Virus record (IMG/VR): IMGVR_UViG_3300026522_000023
Coordinates: 32,001 to 96,000 of that record
DNA: 64,000 nucleotides
Strand: one strand, 5' to 3'
From: a virus
Taxonomy: Duplodnaviria > Caudoviricetes
Under the pieces are notes generated by a model, which did no database searches, was not told the DNA's origin, and was given only the letters and a program-made list of their open reading frames with translations. Below, one piece after another: positions 36,749 through 50,531 of the stretch (positions are counted from its first letter, which is position 1; every line of letters begins with the position of its first letter). The position numbers and the translations under genes are program-made.

Positions 36749-39700
36749 ATTTACGATTAGCATATTGCGAAGCTACATTAATTAATGTGTTAAATGCTTC
36801 TTGAATTTCATTCCTATCAGTTACGTTCGGGAAGCTAGCATCAATATGAACCTATTGTTCTAATATATCATTACCAGTTCCAAAAGTGTTATAAATTGGA
36901 TTAATTGGCATTGTAGTATATCTACTGCGCAAATCAATCTCAGAAGCAATTTCACGAACCATCTTAATAGAACTTAGCATATTCTAAGTATCTTCTTTAT
37001 TAAGAACTAATTCTTTTTCATGAAGCATTGCTAATTTACCACTATCGCCCCATTGACCAGTGTAACCACCAGTTCTAAATCCTACTGTCTATTTCCATAA
37101 CCAATCAGGAATCTGAGTAAAATTAGAATATCCAGCAAAAGGACCTTGACCTAAAGTATATCCTTTTTCGTAAAAAGCATTAACACGAGCAGTAGATGCC
37201 ATATCATTATAATTACCTTCTGACATCTTTCTATCACGATATGCTTTATATTTATTATAAAGTTCCGATCCAACAGGTACAGTACCCATTAAAGCAGAAT
37301 AGTCAACACTTGGATCATAATCATCATAATCAGAAGAAGAACTGTTGGAACCCGCATCCATAGACGCTTGCGCGGCAATAGCCTATTGAATCTTACTAAT
37401 AAGCTATTCATAATAAGAAATTAAATTCATAATTTCCTATCTCTAACGAGCATAGGCCTCAGTAGCATTACGAACAGCCTATAGCTCCTGAGTTAAAGCA
37501 GGAACAACTTTATTAATAACTTCATCCTTCAGTTGGTCACTGGCATTAGTAACATCATTAACTTTATTCTTAGTATCAACTAAATCTTTACCTACTAAAT
37601 CAGTAAGTCTATCAGTTTCAACTTGCCATTCTTGGAAAGCATTATTAATCTAACCGGTATAATCAATAATTGCTGTTTTCCATTGATCACCACTATCAAT
37701 GATTTCATCATAAGCATTAACCCAAGCATCTTGAACCACACGAGAATCTTCTTCTTGCGCAATTCTATATAAATCACTAGAAGCTTGAATTAATTGAGTA
37801 TATTCATCAATAATTCTCTGGCGGTCAGCTTGATAATTACCTTCACGATAAAGAGCATCTTCATTAGCCTTTTCATCAATTTCTTTTAACTTTTCAGCTA
37901 ATTCTTGTTCATATTGTAATTTCTATTGACCATATTTATTAGTAGCATCAAGGCGAATATTATATAAATCATTCTCAGCATCAGCTAAAGCTTGCTAAGC
38001 ATCATCTATCTTATCCTAATCCGCAGTATAAACATAACCAAAATTACCTTCATTATCGCGCTGTAAGCGGACCTTACCCATCGCATTTTGAGCTTCATCT
38101 AGGGCAATCTAAGCTTGAAGAACTTTATATTTAGCTTGAGCAATATCCAACTCTAACTAACTTAATTTATCTTTTTCTCTTAACTATTCGATTTCTTTAG
38201 AAAATTGATAATATTTATCTTTTGCTGCTTGATTATTAGTTTTATTACTAGCCTTATTAACATCATTAAGTAATTTATTCATCTCATAAATTTGGTTAGT
38301 CTTTGTTAAATATTCATCTTGATACTTAGACAATCTATCCAAAGAATCATTTAAAGCGTCCCAACCCATACCATCAGTCATTGCTTTATTCATATTCTCT
38401 GCGGCTTGTTCCATTTTAGTAGTTAAAACTTCCTTAATGGCTTCACCATATGCTTCAGCATCTGACAGCATTTGTTCTTCTGCCTCATTGAATTTTGCCA
38501 CAATAGCATCATAATTCTTTTGTAATAATTCTCTTTCAGCGTCATCACTAGCCTAAGCGAGTGCCGCAGCCGCAGCATCTCTTTCAGCTTTAAGAGATTC
38601 ATACCAAGCTTTAGAAGTATCAAACTTATTACGTTTTGTCTAGGCATTACCTTCTAATACAGTTAATACTCTCGTATAATCTGTATCTCTTCCCAATAGA
38701 GAAAGAATAGAACGATAATGGTCTAATACGCTAGTAAGGTGCTCCATCTAATCAGTATATTTAGATAACTCATCTTCAGCTAAATCTAAGGTATTACCAT
38801 AGTATTCAAGCATTTCTTTATCTAAATCTTGAACTGCTTGTAAATTATCTAAAATACTATCATAAGCATTTTGAAGACCATCAACATAATCTGCCTGTGT
38901 AATTTCTCCATTGGCATAAGAACTTTCTAACTTATTATAGAAATCTTCATAAGAAGACATTTTTCCAAAAGTAGGATCAATCTAACCTTGTAAATATCCA
39001 AAAGCTTCAGCAGCTTTATAAATATTATCAGATAACTTATTAAAGAAATAATCCAATTTCTTTAATTCATTTTCATCAAGCTAAACTTTATATTCAACTT
39101 CTACGGTAAGTTTTTCATAATTTTTAGCCATGATTTCATCTTGATTATCTTCAATCTGATCTTCTAAGTTCTAAATTAATTCAAGAGTTTCTTCATACTA
39201 TTCAATTAACTTTTTGAAATTCTCAAACTTCTGTTGCGCCTCTTCATAGACCTTTTTAGCATCATCTGTTAGTGCTTTATTATATGCTGCCTAAGCTTTC
39301 TTTACATCTTCATAAGCCTTATTTAAAGTCTATTCTAAATTAACAAAACCATTTTCATTAAATGAGACTTCATATCCATAAGTATTATTTTGTAAAGCCT
39401 ATTTATCTAATACTAAATATTCTTTAGCTTTCGCCAATTTCTTTTCATACTATTTATTTTCTTCTTTTAAAGCATTAATCTATTTCTAAATAGCTGATAC
39501 TTTACTAGCGCCATATAATCTATCAACAGCCTTACTGAGTTTATCAACTTTACGTGTAGATTGATCAATTGCTTTATCATAATCATGATAACGATCTTTA
39601 TCCTAATCCCAATCTTTTGTATCTTTTTCTTTTTGAGATCCTCCACCACTACCAGGGGGGCCAGTTAAAGCACCTGGAACAGCAGGAGCAACACTATTAG

Positions 39701-42700
39701 ATTTAGCTTTTAAAGTAATACTTTTAATTTTAGCCATTTTATGAGCCCAAGTATTAGAATTAGGGTTCACATTCTATATTTCTTTCATTAAATTCTATAA
39801 TTCAATGAAATCACTAGCGTCAAATTCAATATTTGTATTTAATATAGAATTTAGAATGCCTGCCACTTGATTACCTGTAGTCTATAAAGATAATAAATTA
39901 TTTATAGCATTAGCAGTATCTAAACTAATAGATCCATCTTTATTAAAATTAGCATTTTGTAAAGTAGATTCTACCTGTTGGATTAATCCAGTACATTGAC
40001 TAGCATCTACACCAACTTCAGCAAATGAATTACTAATTGCTTCAGTCATAGTCTAAGCATTAGTTTTACCTAACATAGCTAATTCAATGGAAGCCTGGCG
40101 CTATTCATCTAAAGTTCCTGTTAAATACTATTTAATTAAATCCCAATGTCCCTTAACAAAATTAGCATCATAATCAAAATCTGCTCCAAAAATATCTTTT
40201 AAATTTTCAGCAATTGAAGTAAGTTTATCAAAACCTTTATCGCCTTCTTGTTCTTCTTTAGTAAGTTTACTAAACTCAGTCATTAAGTTATTAATATCAC
40301 TTGCTAAATTAGTTACTTCGATTTCTTCAATAGCTCTTTTATATTTCTAAGCAGCTTTAGTGGCATCATCAGTGCCTTTTCGAGCATTGGCCATTTCTTT
40401 ATTATAAGTAGCCAATGCCTATTGACCTTTTAAGGTTTTTTTCGCTATACTATCATACGCATTAATATCATCTTTAGTGATCTAGCCTTTACGCTATGCT
40501 TTAGCCAAATCTCCTAAAGTTTCTATTCCTAATTTAGAGACTTCCTAGGCTCTAACAGACTCTTCTAAAGTTTTTTTTGCCTATTCTATTAAATAAGGAT
40601 TACCTGTTTCTACGGCATTAACATAATTAGTATAAGCGTCTTCACATTCTTCATACTATAAAGCTAATAAGCTAAGGCCTTTACCATAATCTTCTTCTCC
40701 TAATATATCATTAGAAGCAATTTCATTTTTTAAATCTTTAATAGAAGTTACAGTAGATAAGATACTTGTTTTAGCTTCTTCAGCATTATTATTTTCCTCT
40801 TCCATTGCTGAATCCAAATTTTCATAATCTACTGTCATATTACGGACAGCTCCAGCAATTTCATTTAAAGTATCTTTATACATTTGACCATTTTCAGCAT
40901 CGGCAGCCCAATTGTCAATCTTTCCCTGGTCATAACCCATAGCCTGTAAAAAGTTCAACTACTATTTTACTTTAGAGCCATCATATGAATTATCATCAAC
41001 TTTATAAGCTGATTTACCCAATTCTTCTGTAGTTGTCCCTTGTAAAGCTTGAGTAGCATTTTCCTTCTATGTTTGTAATTCCACAGCTTTAGACTAAGCA
41101 TCTTTATAAGCCTATGTAAATTCATCGCGTCTTTGACGCATAACAATATCATAAAAAGCTTTAGCATCTGTAGTTAATTTATAAGTGCCATCGGCCATTT
41201 TAGTAAAATACTAATCAGCTCCATCACCCAATTTAGCATAATCTTCTGGTGAAATAGTATCTCCTAATTTAAGATTTTTTACTATATCATTTATTTCTTT
41301 AAAATTAGACTATGCTTTAGATAAAGCATCTGAATCAGCAATTTTATAAATTTCATCCATCTAAGTAATAAATTTACTTAAATCTATACCTGCTGTAGCA
41401 ACTCCAACATTATTTAATGCGGATTGAAAATCTTTTAAAGAAGTATCACTAGACCAGTCAATATCGCCAATAACTCCAGCAACTTTACCAGCATCATCAC
41501 CAAATTGATTAAGTAAATTATCTATTACATTTAAGCCTTCAGTACCAAATTTATTAAAAATTGCTTCATAAGTCTAAGCAAATTCAGCTATCTAACTACC
41601 ACTAATGCCATTATATTTTAGTCCTGTTTTATCATCATTAAGTAATAATTCATCAAATGAATTAGCTAATATGCTATTACCTTCTGTATCAGTACTATTC
41701 TCACGCCATTTTTTAGAATAAGTTTCTGGATTTAAAGAATCTTCTACTCCTTGTAATCCATCTAAAATAGCCTAACCAAACTATGCTCCAGCATCTTCAA
41801 CTCCTAAAGTGTCTAAAATATTATTAAATTCTTCAGGAGTAAGACCCATTTTTTCAGCCACTATTTTAGCAACATTAACTCCATTAGTCTCATCACCAAT
41901 AGCATTCTAAAATTCATTTAACATTTTAGAATCCCATTCTCCCATAAGCTAAGTAACATCAAACTCTTTAGTTTTCTAATTAAAATCATTAACCAAAGTA
42001 GTTACTTTACCAATTGAGTCTGCGCTAAATTGTGAAAATAGCTATCTAGCTTTATTAGCACTATTACCCATTTGCTAAATAGCATCAGAAGCTGCTAATA
42101 TATTAGCAATTTCATCGCTAGATAAAGTTATTTCTTTACCATCTTTTAAGAATCCAAAAGAACGATTATTATCAGTACCTTGAACAGCTTTAGCCTAACT
42201 TGATGCCGCAAAAATATTCTATCCAGCGTCTTGTAATGCTTTTAAAACATACTAATAAACATCATTTTCAGTACCAGACCATCTATTAATGCCACCCAAA
42301 CTAACAGTTTCCCCTGTAGCTTCATTTACCTAATTAAAAGCATTATTGTGCTCCATTAAGGTCTTATAAAACGCTGTCTATGAAGCAATAAAAGCAGCAT
42401 TTTCCTTAGCGGCAAAATTCTTTTCATCTGAAGTATAATCATCTCCAAGTAATTCATCAGCTTTTAAATTAGCTACTAACTCTAATTTAGCCGAAGCTTT
42501 ATCTGCTTCTGTCGCCATATCTTTAATACTATTTTGCCAAGCTGTTAATTCATTATTAGTAACATTCTATAAATCTATGCCTAAATTTAATAAATTATTT
42601 TTAAATTCTTCTATTGGCATAGATTTACTAAGACTATCTAAATTATCTAAAATAATTTGCTAAATTTCTTTAGAAGTATTTAAGCTATAAGCATTACCCT

Positions 42701-45700
42701 AATCATCATACTAAAGAGTATTATCATAAATTTGATTACTTAAATTATCAGCATCTCGTTTATTTTGAGCCTAAGAATTATTATACTAAGCAGAAGCTAA
42801 ACTATAACTAGCAAGTTGAGCATTTTCATCTGCTTGATTCTATAAAGTCTATAATCCTTTTTTATTAAATTCAATTAATCCATCTGAATTACGACTATAT
42901 AAATCACGAATATTTTCTCCTGACAATCCAGAAGCGGCATTCAAAACATTTACCGCGGCTTCATTAGCTTCTAATAATGCGTCTCGCCATTCTTCTGTTC
43001 CGCGCTTGCAACTCTATAATTTTTCAACTGCGCTATCATAAGATTCAATAGCAGTTCTTAAATTATCAGCAGCCTCTTTAGCTTCCTATTCAGCAGTAGT
43101 TAATTCTTCAACGGCCTTTTTAGCTTTTTTTAATTGACCTTCTGGAGATTTTTTATTGGCTTCATCAATTAAAGCAATAATAACTCCTAATACAGCGACA
43201 ATTCCCAATGCAATTAATGTAAATTGCCACATTGCTAAGCCGGCTAAAGTACCCTATTTTACGACTTCCTAACCAAGTAATGTAACTCCAACTTTTGCAT
43301 TTGAAAAAGCAGAAGTGATAGATTGAAGAGCAGGAATTAACATACCTACGCCACCAGTTATAGCTCCAATTTTCTATTCTGTGGTAGCATTTTCATCATT
43401 AAATATTTTAATAATTCCAGTAACTTGACTATAAATCTATCCCATTGCCATAATAGCACTAGCAGCTCTATTTATAGCCTCTCCATAACCAATAGTTTTA
43501 ATTCGGGCCTAATCCATTAAATTTCCATGATTTTGAACTACCTACCCTAATTTTTCAGCCTCAGCTTTAGCCTACTCTGATTTAATACCATATTGTTCAA
43601 TAGCATCTATATATGGCTATATCTTCTATTTAGCTTCTTCTGCTGTAAAGCCGCTTTTAGTTAGTGATGTTATTAAACTACCTTCAATTTTTTGCTTACT
43701 TTTATCAGCACTATTAATAATTTTTTCAATAGTATTATTTAAATCTTCAATACTAATATTTTCAATAGGCTATGACAATTCTTTCCATAATTGCTTAGCC
43801 TATCGCTCAGATAAAGCAAAAGCTTCTTGTAATTTTTTCTATGCTTCTATCTAAGTATCAGTAACATTATTTTTATCATCTACTTTAATATTAGCTGAAT
43901 TAATTATTGAATTTTTTATTTTTTGAGCTAATTTTTTAGATTCTTCACTACCTTTTTCTAATCCCTATTGATTAAAAGTCTATTCTTCCAATCCGCTGAA
44001 AATAGAATAAGTTTTAGATTTTTTCTAATAAACATTTAGCTATCTTTTAAATCCATTTCCATCAAAATCAGTTGATTTTGTTTCCTAAGCTTTACGCTAA
44101 GCAGCAATTTCTAAGGAAATTTTTTCTTTAGAAATTTGAGTTTCAAGCTTCTCTAATTCTTCTCCTCTTTTTGCTACAGAATCAGCAAGAAGACGATTTC
44201 TATCCATTAAAATCTAATTGACTTTCTATTCTTCTGCAGTCATATTATCAACATTTCTTAAATAATCTAATTGATTCTAAGCTACAAGAGAATAAGCCTA
44301 AGAGGTATATTCACCAGATATTCCTCCAGTATCCATATATCCTTCAATAGTCAATTTATTAGCTTCCTTTTTCATATCTTCTAACTTGCTACGACCAGTA
44401 CTAGTTAGACCTTTAATATTAAATATTAAATTAGAAAAACTTTCAGCTATCTATTTAGAAAATACTCTAGTTACAATAGAGCCAAGAGATAAAAGTAATC
44501 CTTTTATTCCTCCCATACCTTTTATAAATCCATTAACTCCATCTAATAATGTACTAATACCATTATTAAATTCGATAAAGAATTTATCATTAATTAAAGA
44601 TTTATAAATAGCTTCAGCAGAGGCTTGTACTCTATCTTTAGCAGCATCCCAAGATTCAGCATAAATATCTGCTTGTTCTTGTAAAGAACCTTCAGAATTC
44701 TTAGCACGTTCAACATTCTCTTTATAAAAATCATAATTATTCATTAATGTCATTAATTGAGTATATTGACGCACACCGGCTACAGTCTATGCTAAAGCCA
44801 TCTAAGTATCTCTACTCCAAGTATTCCACTTAGTACCCATTTCATCTAAGATAACATCCATATCTTTTAATTGGCCATCAGTGTCTTTAATTTCAATACC
44901 AACTTTATGTAAAGCAGTAGAATACTTATTTAAATCAGTACCATCATCTAATGTCTTTCCTAGTTTCAAACCTTGAATACGAGAGAATAAAGTCTTTAAA
45001 GCAGTACCAACTATATCAGCACTTTCACGAGTTGTAGCTGTAATCGTAGCTAAAGCTGCTGCCGCATTATCAAAACTTAAACCAATAGTACTAGCAACTG
45101 AGGAGAACTTCTATAAACCTTCTGAAATTTCACTACTACTAGACGCGGTATCAGCACCCAAACGCACCATCGCATCAGCATAATGTTCCAAAGATTCAGA
45201 ACCATCATAAAAGTTATTCCATACAGAAGTTAATTGATCAGAAATAGTGGTAGCACTTTCCCTAGCAGCATTAGCCATTTTTAAAGTGACTTCTGTTCTA
45301 TCTTCTACCTCTTTATCACTTAAACCCTATTGATAGTAAATCAAAGAAGCATTAGTATAATCTAATGTAGTTGCACTTAATGCTTTCGCAGCTTTATTTG
45401 CTTTCTCAGCAAATTTATCCATTTGTTCAACACTCGCACTAGATACAATACGAATATTATTCAATGATTCATTTAGATCTTGCGCGTAGTAATAAGCATG
45501 CTGAATTGCTCCTATAAAGGAGTGCATCGCACTAGAAGTTAATTGCCATCTAGCTGTATTCTTCATAGTAGTCCATAGCTCAGACATTAAACTACTAGTT
45601 CTCTTTAAAGGAACTTCTGCTAAAGTAATTGCTTTGCTTAAATCAGAAAAAGCCTTCTATCCTTCTGGACCTAATTGATATAACTAATTCTAATATTTTT

Positions 45701-45983
45701 CAAGAGTCATTCCACTCTTTTTTAAGCTATCTGAAAACTTTGATAAATCTAATTTACCTGTGTCAGTATTAACTGCGGCTTCTAGTTGTACCTTTAACTA
45801 AGCAGCAGAAGCAGTAGCTGATTGTAAATCTTTATCAATTCCAAAATTTTTTGTCTTTAAAGAAGTTGAAGTAACTAAATTCTATAATTCTTGACTTAAA
45901 GATTGAATATTCTATTTTGCTGAATCAGTATCAGCAGTAAAAGCAAGATTAACTGTATATTCTTTATTCAAACCTTTTGCCAT
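36747..45983 (-). CDS. Tape measure protein (3078 aa)
   Basis: One frame from ATG 45983 to TAA 36747 with dozens of TAG=Gln. TP901-like N-terminal region (VGTAFKTLFSR, AGVRQ), helical Ala/Gln-rich body, C-terminal GGYTG...LHEKELVLN. Confidence 0.88.
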
Positions 45984-46028
45984 TGATATAACTCCTTTCT
46001 CTCTTGTCGTTTTTATTTTACGTAAAAC

Positions 46029-46068
46029 AAAAAAAATCGCCTGAGAATAATCATATATTCTCAGGCGA
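46029..46068 (-). terminator. Intrinsic terminator upstream of the tape measure gene
   Basis: TCGCCTGAGAATA-loop-TATTCTCAGGCGA with T8 on the minus strand. Confidence 0.8.
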
Positions 46069-46071
46069 CTA

Positions 46072-46120
46072 TTCCTATTTAATTTTAAAATAAAAATAAA
46101 TATATTAACTTAATTAACCC
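46072..46120 (-). promoter_or_regulatory. Candidate late-promoter motif copy
   Basis: GGGTTAATTAAGTTAAT...TTTTAAAATTAAATAG. Confidence 0.45.
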
Positions 46121-46647
46121 AATTTCTCAACAACGTTCTTCAATAAAGTAAGATTCTCTGGATCAGCTAATTTCTTTTGAATTTCAGTAGCATCAAGATT
46201 CAAATTACTATAATCACGTCCAATAGAATCAAGAATACCAAGCGCGGAATTGCGATAAGTATAAATCGCGGTTGCCAATTCATGAGTCACTTTTGTTAAA
46301 TAATAAAATTCGCTTTCAGGAACTAAGCCAATAATTAAGTTAAGTAATTTATTGCTGCTTAATAAATCATATAACTTCATTGGATCTGACTTCTGCTTTT
46401 CTGTAAAACTAATATTAGAATAAGCATAGACAATCTCTAAAGCAAGCCACATATCTAGCTTAAGGTTATTATAATATCCAGCATCATCATCAACTGAATT
46501 ATTTAATACTCTTGAAATTAATTCTGCTTTTTCCGCAATTGGAAGATATTGCTTTACTTCAACTGTTTGGTCATTAAATTCTACAGTTTGAAATTCATCT
46601 AATTTGTCTTTAGTTAAACCTAATTTTGAAAATGCTATCTTTGCCAT
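46114..46647 (-). CDS. Hypothetical protein, possible tail assembly chaperone (177 aa)
   Basis: Intact ORF without TAG, directly upstream of the tape measure gene; VKQYLPI motif. Confidence 0.6.
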   Translation of the reverse strand: MAKIAFSKLGLTKDKLDEFQTVEFNDQTVEVKQYLPIAEKAELISRVLNNSVDDDAGYYNNLKLDMWLALEIVYAYSNISFTEKQKSDPMKLYDLLSSNKLLNLIIGLVPESEFYYLTKVTHELATAIYTYRNSALGILDSIGRDYSNLNLDATEIQKKLADPENLTLLKNVVEKLG

Positions 46648-46676
46648 AACATATTCCTCCTTTTACTCTTTATATA

Positions 46677-46705
46677 ATTATACAAAAATTTTTATAATTC
46701 GTCAA
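46677..46705 (-). promoter_or_regulatory. Sigma70/SigA-type promoter
   Basis: TTGACG-17 nt-TATAAT on the minus strand. Confidence 0.7.
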
Positions 46706-46708
46706 ATT

Positions 46709-47929
46709 TTATTGAACCTATCTAAATCTATACTATCTAGATAACGTAAGCATATTTAAAGCCATAGAATTAATCGCAGGAAAAAACTTTAACATCTATT
46801 TATTTACTTCCATCCATCGTGAAGCTGTAGTAAATCCTAACTCTGTATAATATAACTAGTTTTTTGCTAAATTAGTTTTACCAATAGATTTAGATAAATA
46901 ATAATTAGCAATTGCATTTAACTATTTTGAATCCTAATCTCTATCTAATTTAAAATACTTATAAGAATCCTACTGTGTATATAATCTCCATAATCCAAAA
47001 TCTGAAAAACCACATTCTTCTAAAGTGATAGCATTACGTGCTGCTCTTGTTAAAATAGGCTATCCATTCATACCAGATTTAACCTATGTATTTAAGATCG
47101 AGGCTTGCTATAATGCACCATATAATTCATCAGATAATGTAATCGTATAATTAGCATTTAATTTTTCAATCTGTTTAAAAAAGTCATTTAAACTACCCGC
47201 AGAAGCTGTGCTGATACTTGAATCTATTTTATTTTTAATTTTATAATTTAAACTTCCACCGGTGAAAGGGATATTTACACTATCTTTACTAAATGCCATA
47301 ACGTCTTCAATTAACTACTAACCCATTTTATCAACAAAATTACCAGTTCGAATAGCTTTCCATCCTTCGTTTTTATTTAAAGCATCAGTAGCTAGTGCTT
47401 CAGCATAATCTGCCTTAACTTGCTAATATTCTTTCATTTTTCCTTTAACTTTACGATTAGCAAATACATCTTCTAATTGCTAAACTATTGCTTGGTCAAT
47501 ACCTTCTCCAGGCTTAATTTTCTAAAGGATTGACTAAACTTCTATCATAATATTATCAATATTCTAATTTATTTTTTCTTTATCACTTATCCAATTTCTA
47601 TCACTATCACGAAAAGGATTTAATTCAGAAGAAATAAAAGCAGAATTCATTAATTGTAGTATTCTACTATATATAGATTCTCCAATCTATTTATCCATTT
47701 CCTATTCTTCTAATTGTAACAACTAACTAGACAATTTAATAAATTCACTAGCTGCATTATATTGCTTATCAGCAGACTATTCTAAATTTTTTAAATGAAC
47801 TAACTATAATCTAAATAATACTGAATCACTTAAATTCGCTTGATCCCACTAATTTAAATAAGCATATTTTCCCCAAAAACTATGCTATCTACCATTTTGC
47901 TTAATTAAACCTCTATATAAATCAGACAT
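46709..47929 (-). CDS. Hypothetical TAG-rich protein in the tail region (406 aa)
   Basis: AAAGGAG RBS; ATG 47929 to TAA 46709, in frame with ORF 47108-47299. Confidence 0.65.
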
Positions 47930-47958
47930 ATATTTCTCCTTTTTCTCAGTATAATAAA

Positions 47959-47989
47959 ATAAAGGGAGAGGAATAAATCCTCTCCCCTA
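47959..47989 (-). terminator. Intrinsic terminator after the major tail protein unit
   Basis: GGGAGAGGA-ataaa-TCCTCTCCC. Confidence 0.7.
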
Positions 47990-47995
47990 TATTAT

Positions 47996-48175
47996 TTACT
48001 TGTTTTCTTTATCAAGTTTAGATAAAAGTTCATCTAGTTCGTTCTTTTCTTCAACTACTGTTGTTTCTTTCGGAACTTCTTTGATTACCCTTTTTTCTGC
48101 TTTCTTAATTACTTCAGGTTTCTTTTCAACACTGGGTTCAGACTTTACAACCCAATGTTTACCTTTAATAATCAT
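47996..48175 (-). CDS. Small Lys/Glu-rich protein (59 aa)
   Basis: MIIKGKHWVVKSE... directly after the major tail protein gene. Confidence 0.55.
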   Translation of the reverse strand: MIIKGKHWVVKSEPSVEKKPEVIKKAEKRVIKEVPKETTVVEEKNELDELLSKLDKENK

Positions 48176-48178
48176 AAA

Positions 48179-49177
48179 TTAATCAGTGAAACGAGCGTTG
48201 TGACTGGCATCATGAACAGTCTGAGTTCTATGAATGTCACTAGCGCCGCCTTCCTCAATAATCTGAATAGCAGCAAGAACTTTCTTACTGTGGTCGAAAC
48301 GAGTATAATCAGGGAATGCGTCCATAGTAAATGTGAAAGTAGAAGGATCGCCAGAAGAAGCCATTGTGAAAGTAAAGTTAGACTGAATCTTGCAGTTAGG
48401 AATTATAAATTCAGCAGGCATATCAACACCATTTTGATCACGGAATAAGGTAGAAGCTTCAAGATAATAGTTACCACCGAATTTATCAGCAGTAATTTCA
48501 ATCTGTTGAGCGCCACTAGCTTTTTCAGTATAATAATCAACAATAGCACTATCATATTCTGCAGCTGCTGGAAGACCATTATGTTCATCAAAAGTATAAT
48601 TACCTGTACCAGCAACATAATCATCATGTGGAGTTTTAACAACTAAATCAAAATATTCATTGCCATTAGTATCCTTTTTAGCAGTTAACTCCTCATGGAC
48701 AGGAATAAAAGGTTCAGAAATAATTTCGCCATCTTTGACAAACATAACATAAGCGAAATTCTCTTGATTACCAGTTGGAAGATAAGGCTTTTTAGAGACA
48801 CGAATAGTAACTTGTCCTTCAGCAGTTGTACTATCAATTTGTGCCTTATCTACAGTTTCAGTGATATGCTGTTTAATAGTACTATCAGCACTTGCTTCAA
48901 TTAAACCGGCACCAGAAAGAATCATAAAACCTTCTGGAGAAATAAGAGCATCTTCCATTGTGAAAGTAACAGTTCTTTCACCTTCCCAAGCTACTAAACG
49001 AGCATTACCACGGCCACCTTGAGCATATACAGTGGTAGCTGCGCCTTCCATGCTAGAAGTCTTTAATGTATCGAAATAGATAACTGGTTCATTCTTATAG
49101 AAGATTTTATTACCGATCTTTTGAGCTGCTTTAGCCTTCAAAACAACATCGCAAATCTCACGAACACCAAATTTCAT
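48179..49177 (-). CDS. Major tail tube protein (332 aa)
   Basis: MKFGVRE...AQGGRGN...TFTMEDAL...SSGDPSTFTF; position in the cluster; no TAG. Confidence 0.78.
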   Translation of the reverse strand: MKFGVREICDVVLKAKAAQKIGNKIFYKNEPVIYFDTLKTSSMEGAATTVYAQGGRGNARLVAWEGERTVTFTMEDALISPEGFMILSGAGLIEASADSTIKQHITETVDKAQIDSTTAEGQVTIRVSKKPYLPTGNQENFAYVMFVKDGEIISEPFIPVHEELTAKKDTNGNEYFDLVVKTPHDDYVAGTGNYTFDEHNGLPAAAEYDSAIVDYYTEKASGAQQIEITADKFGGNYYLEASTLFRDQNGVDMPAEFIIPNCKIQSNFTFTMASSGDPSTFTFTMDAFPDYTRFDHSKKVLAAIQIIEEGGASDIHRTQTVHDASHNARFTD

Positions 49178-49200
49178 AGGTTATTTTCCTCCTTATAAAT

Positions 49201-49932
49201 TTAATGGATATTTTTCATCCAATTCTCCGGCTTGTTATCTGACTTAGCGCCAGCCAACCTAGACCGGATATCAATATCCCAATTAATATAAAGCTAATAT
49301 CTCTCAACAAGGTCAAAAAGTTGGAACATTGTTAAATCCATTAAATCCTGTAGAGACATAGAGTTCAAACCTACAGTAAGCATTGAAAGATACTAACTAA
49401 ATATACTAGCATTAGCGTTACCATTTAATTCAGCAACGCGCTAGCGCCCGCGCATTAATTTATCAGCAATTTTTTTAGCTGTCTCATTAGCAGGATTAAA
49501 TCCTAATTCTTGCGAAGCGCTAGATTTAGCACAAAAGATTTCTCTAGTAAGAGATTGTAATATCTCAAAACTACTTTCATCAATCATGCTTGTATTATCT
49601 TCTCCCTAAAGCATAATACTTCTAGGAGTAAATAATATTTTTTTATTTGGAAATAATAATGTAAGAAATTGACGAGTAGCATATTTTTTATCTGCCATTT
49701 CTTTTTCCTACATCATTGTCATAAATATCTAAAAATTACTTGTATTTCTTAAAAGACTTTCGCCCTCGTTTATATGTAAATTATCTTTGTTAATACAAAA
49801 ACACTACATTCCTATAAAAAAGTCTTGTTCTCCAACATAAGCAATTTCACGGATTTTAGGCTAATGAATAATTGATTGTATTTCAGGAACTGGGATATCA
49901 GTTCCGCACATAAGCGCCAATCGTATATCCAT
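49201..49932 (-). CDS. Tail completion/structural protein (243 aa)
   Basis: MDIRLALMCG...IH(Q)PKIREI; ends WMKNIH; coupled to the previous gene. Confidence 0.65.
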
Positions 49933-50516
49933 TATTTATTGTACATTTCCTTAAAATCTTTTAAGAATTTTTCATCATCTATTGGATTAGGCATTTTTTT
50001 CTTATCTTCTTCGCCATGAATTGCTCTATAACTTAAGCATAAACCAGCATAATCATCTGTTAAAAGAATCTAATTAGCACCTTCGAATTCTAATTTTCCA
50101 ATACCTGTTAAATGAGTCTTGTCTAACATACTATCTAATTCTGCCGCAATACGATAAGGTCTTAACTAAAAATCTTTTAAAGGCCACTAATCGAAATGAC
50201 AAACTATATCAATTTCTAATACATTATCTCTAAATTCTGGATTTGTATTATTCTAAGAAAAATCATCAAAAGAAATAATTAAATAATTTCGTACTGCACC
50301 ATCAATAGTTAATTTTGGAATTATTCTTATATTTTTTTTAAATAATTCATACATCTAATCGTCAGTTAAATTTGGTCTATCAATTGCATCAGGACTAGTA
50401 TAATATAATAACCGTTTTAAACGCTCATTTTCACAAATTTTATTAACTATAATGCCCATATCTTTTTCCATAGACAGAAAACTTGACTTTGGTAATTTTA
50501 CTCCATCAATTTTCAT
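49932..50516 (-). CDS. Tail terminator/neck protein (194 aa)
   Basis: DIVCHFD(Q)W...LRPYRIA...GIGKLEF; position between head and tail genes. Confidence 0.6.
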
Positions 50517-50531
50517 ACACCTTTATCTCCT

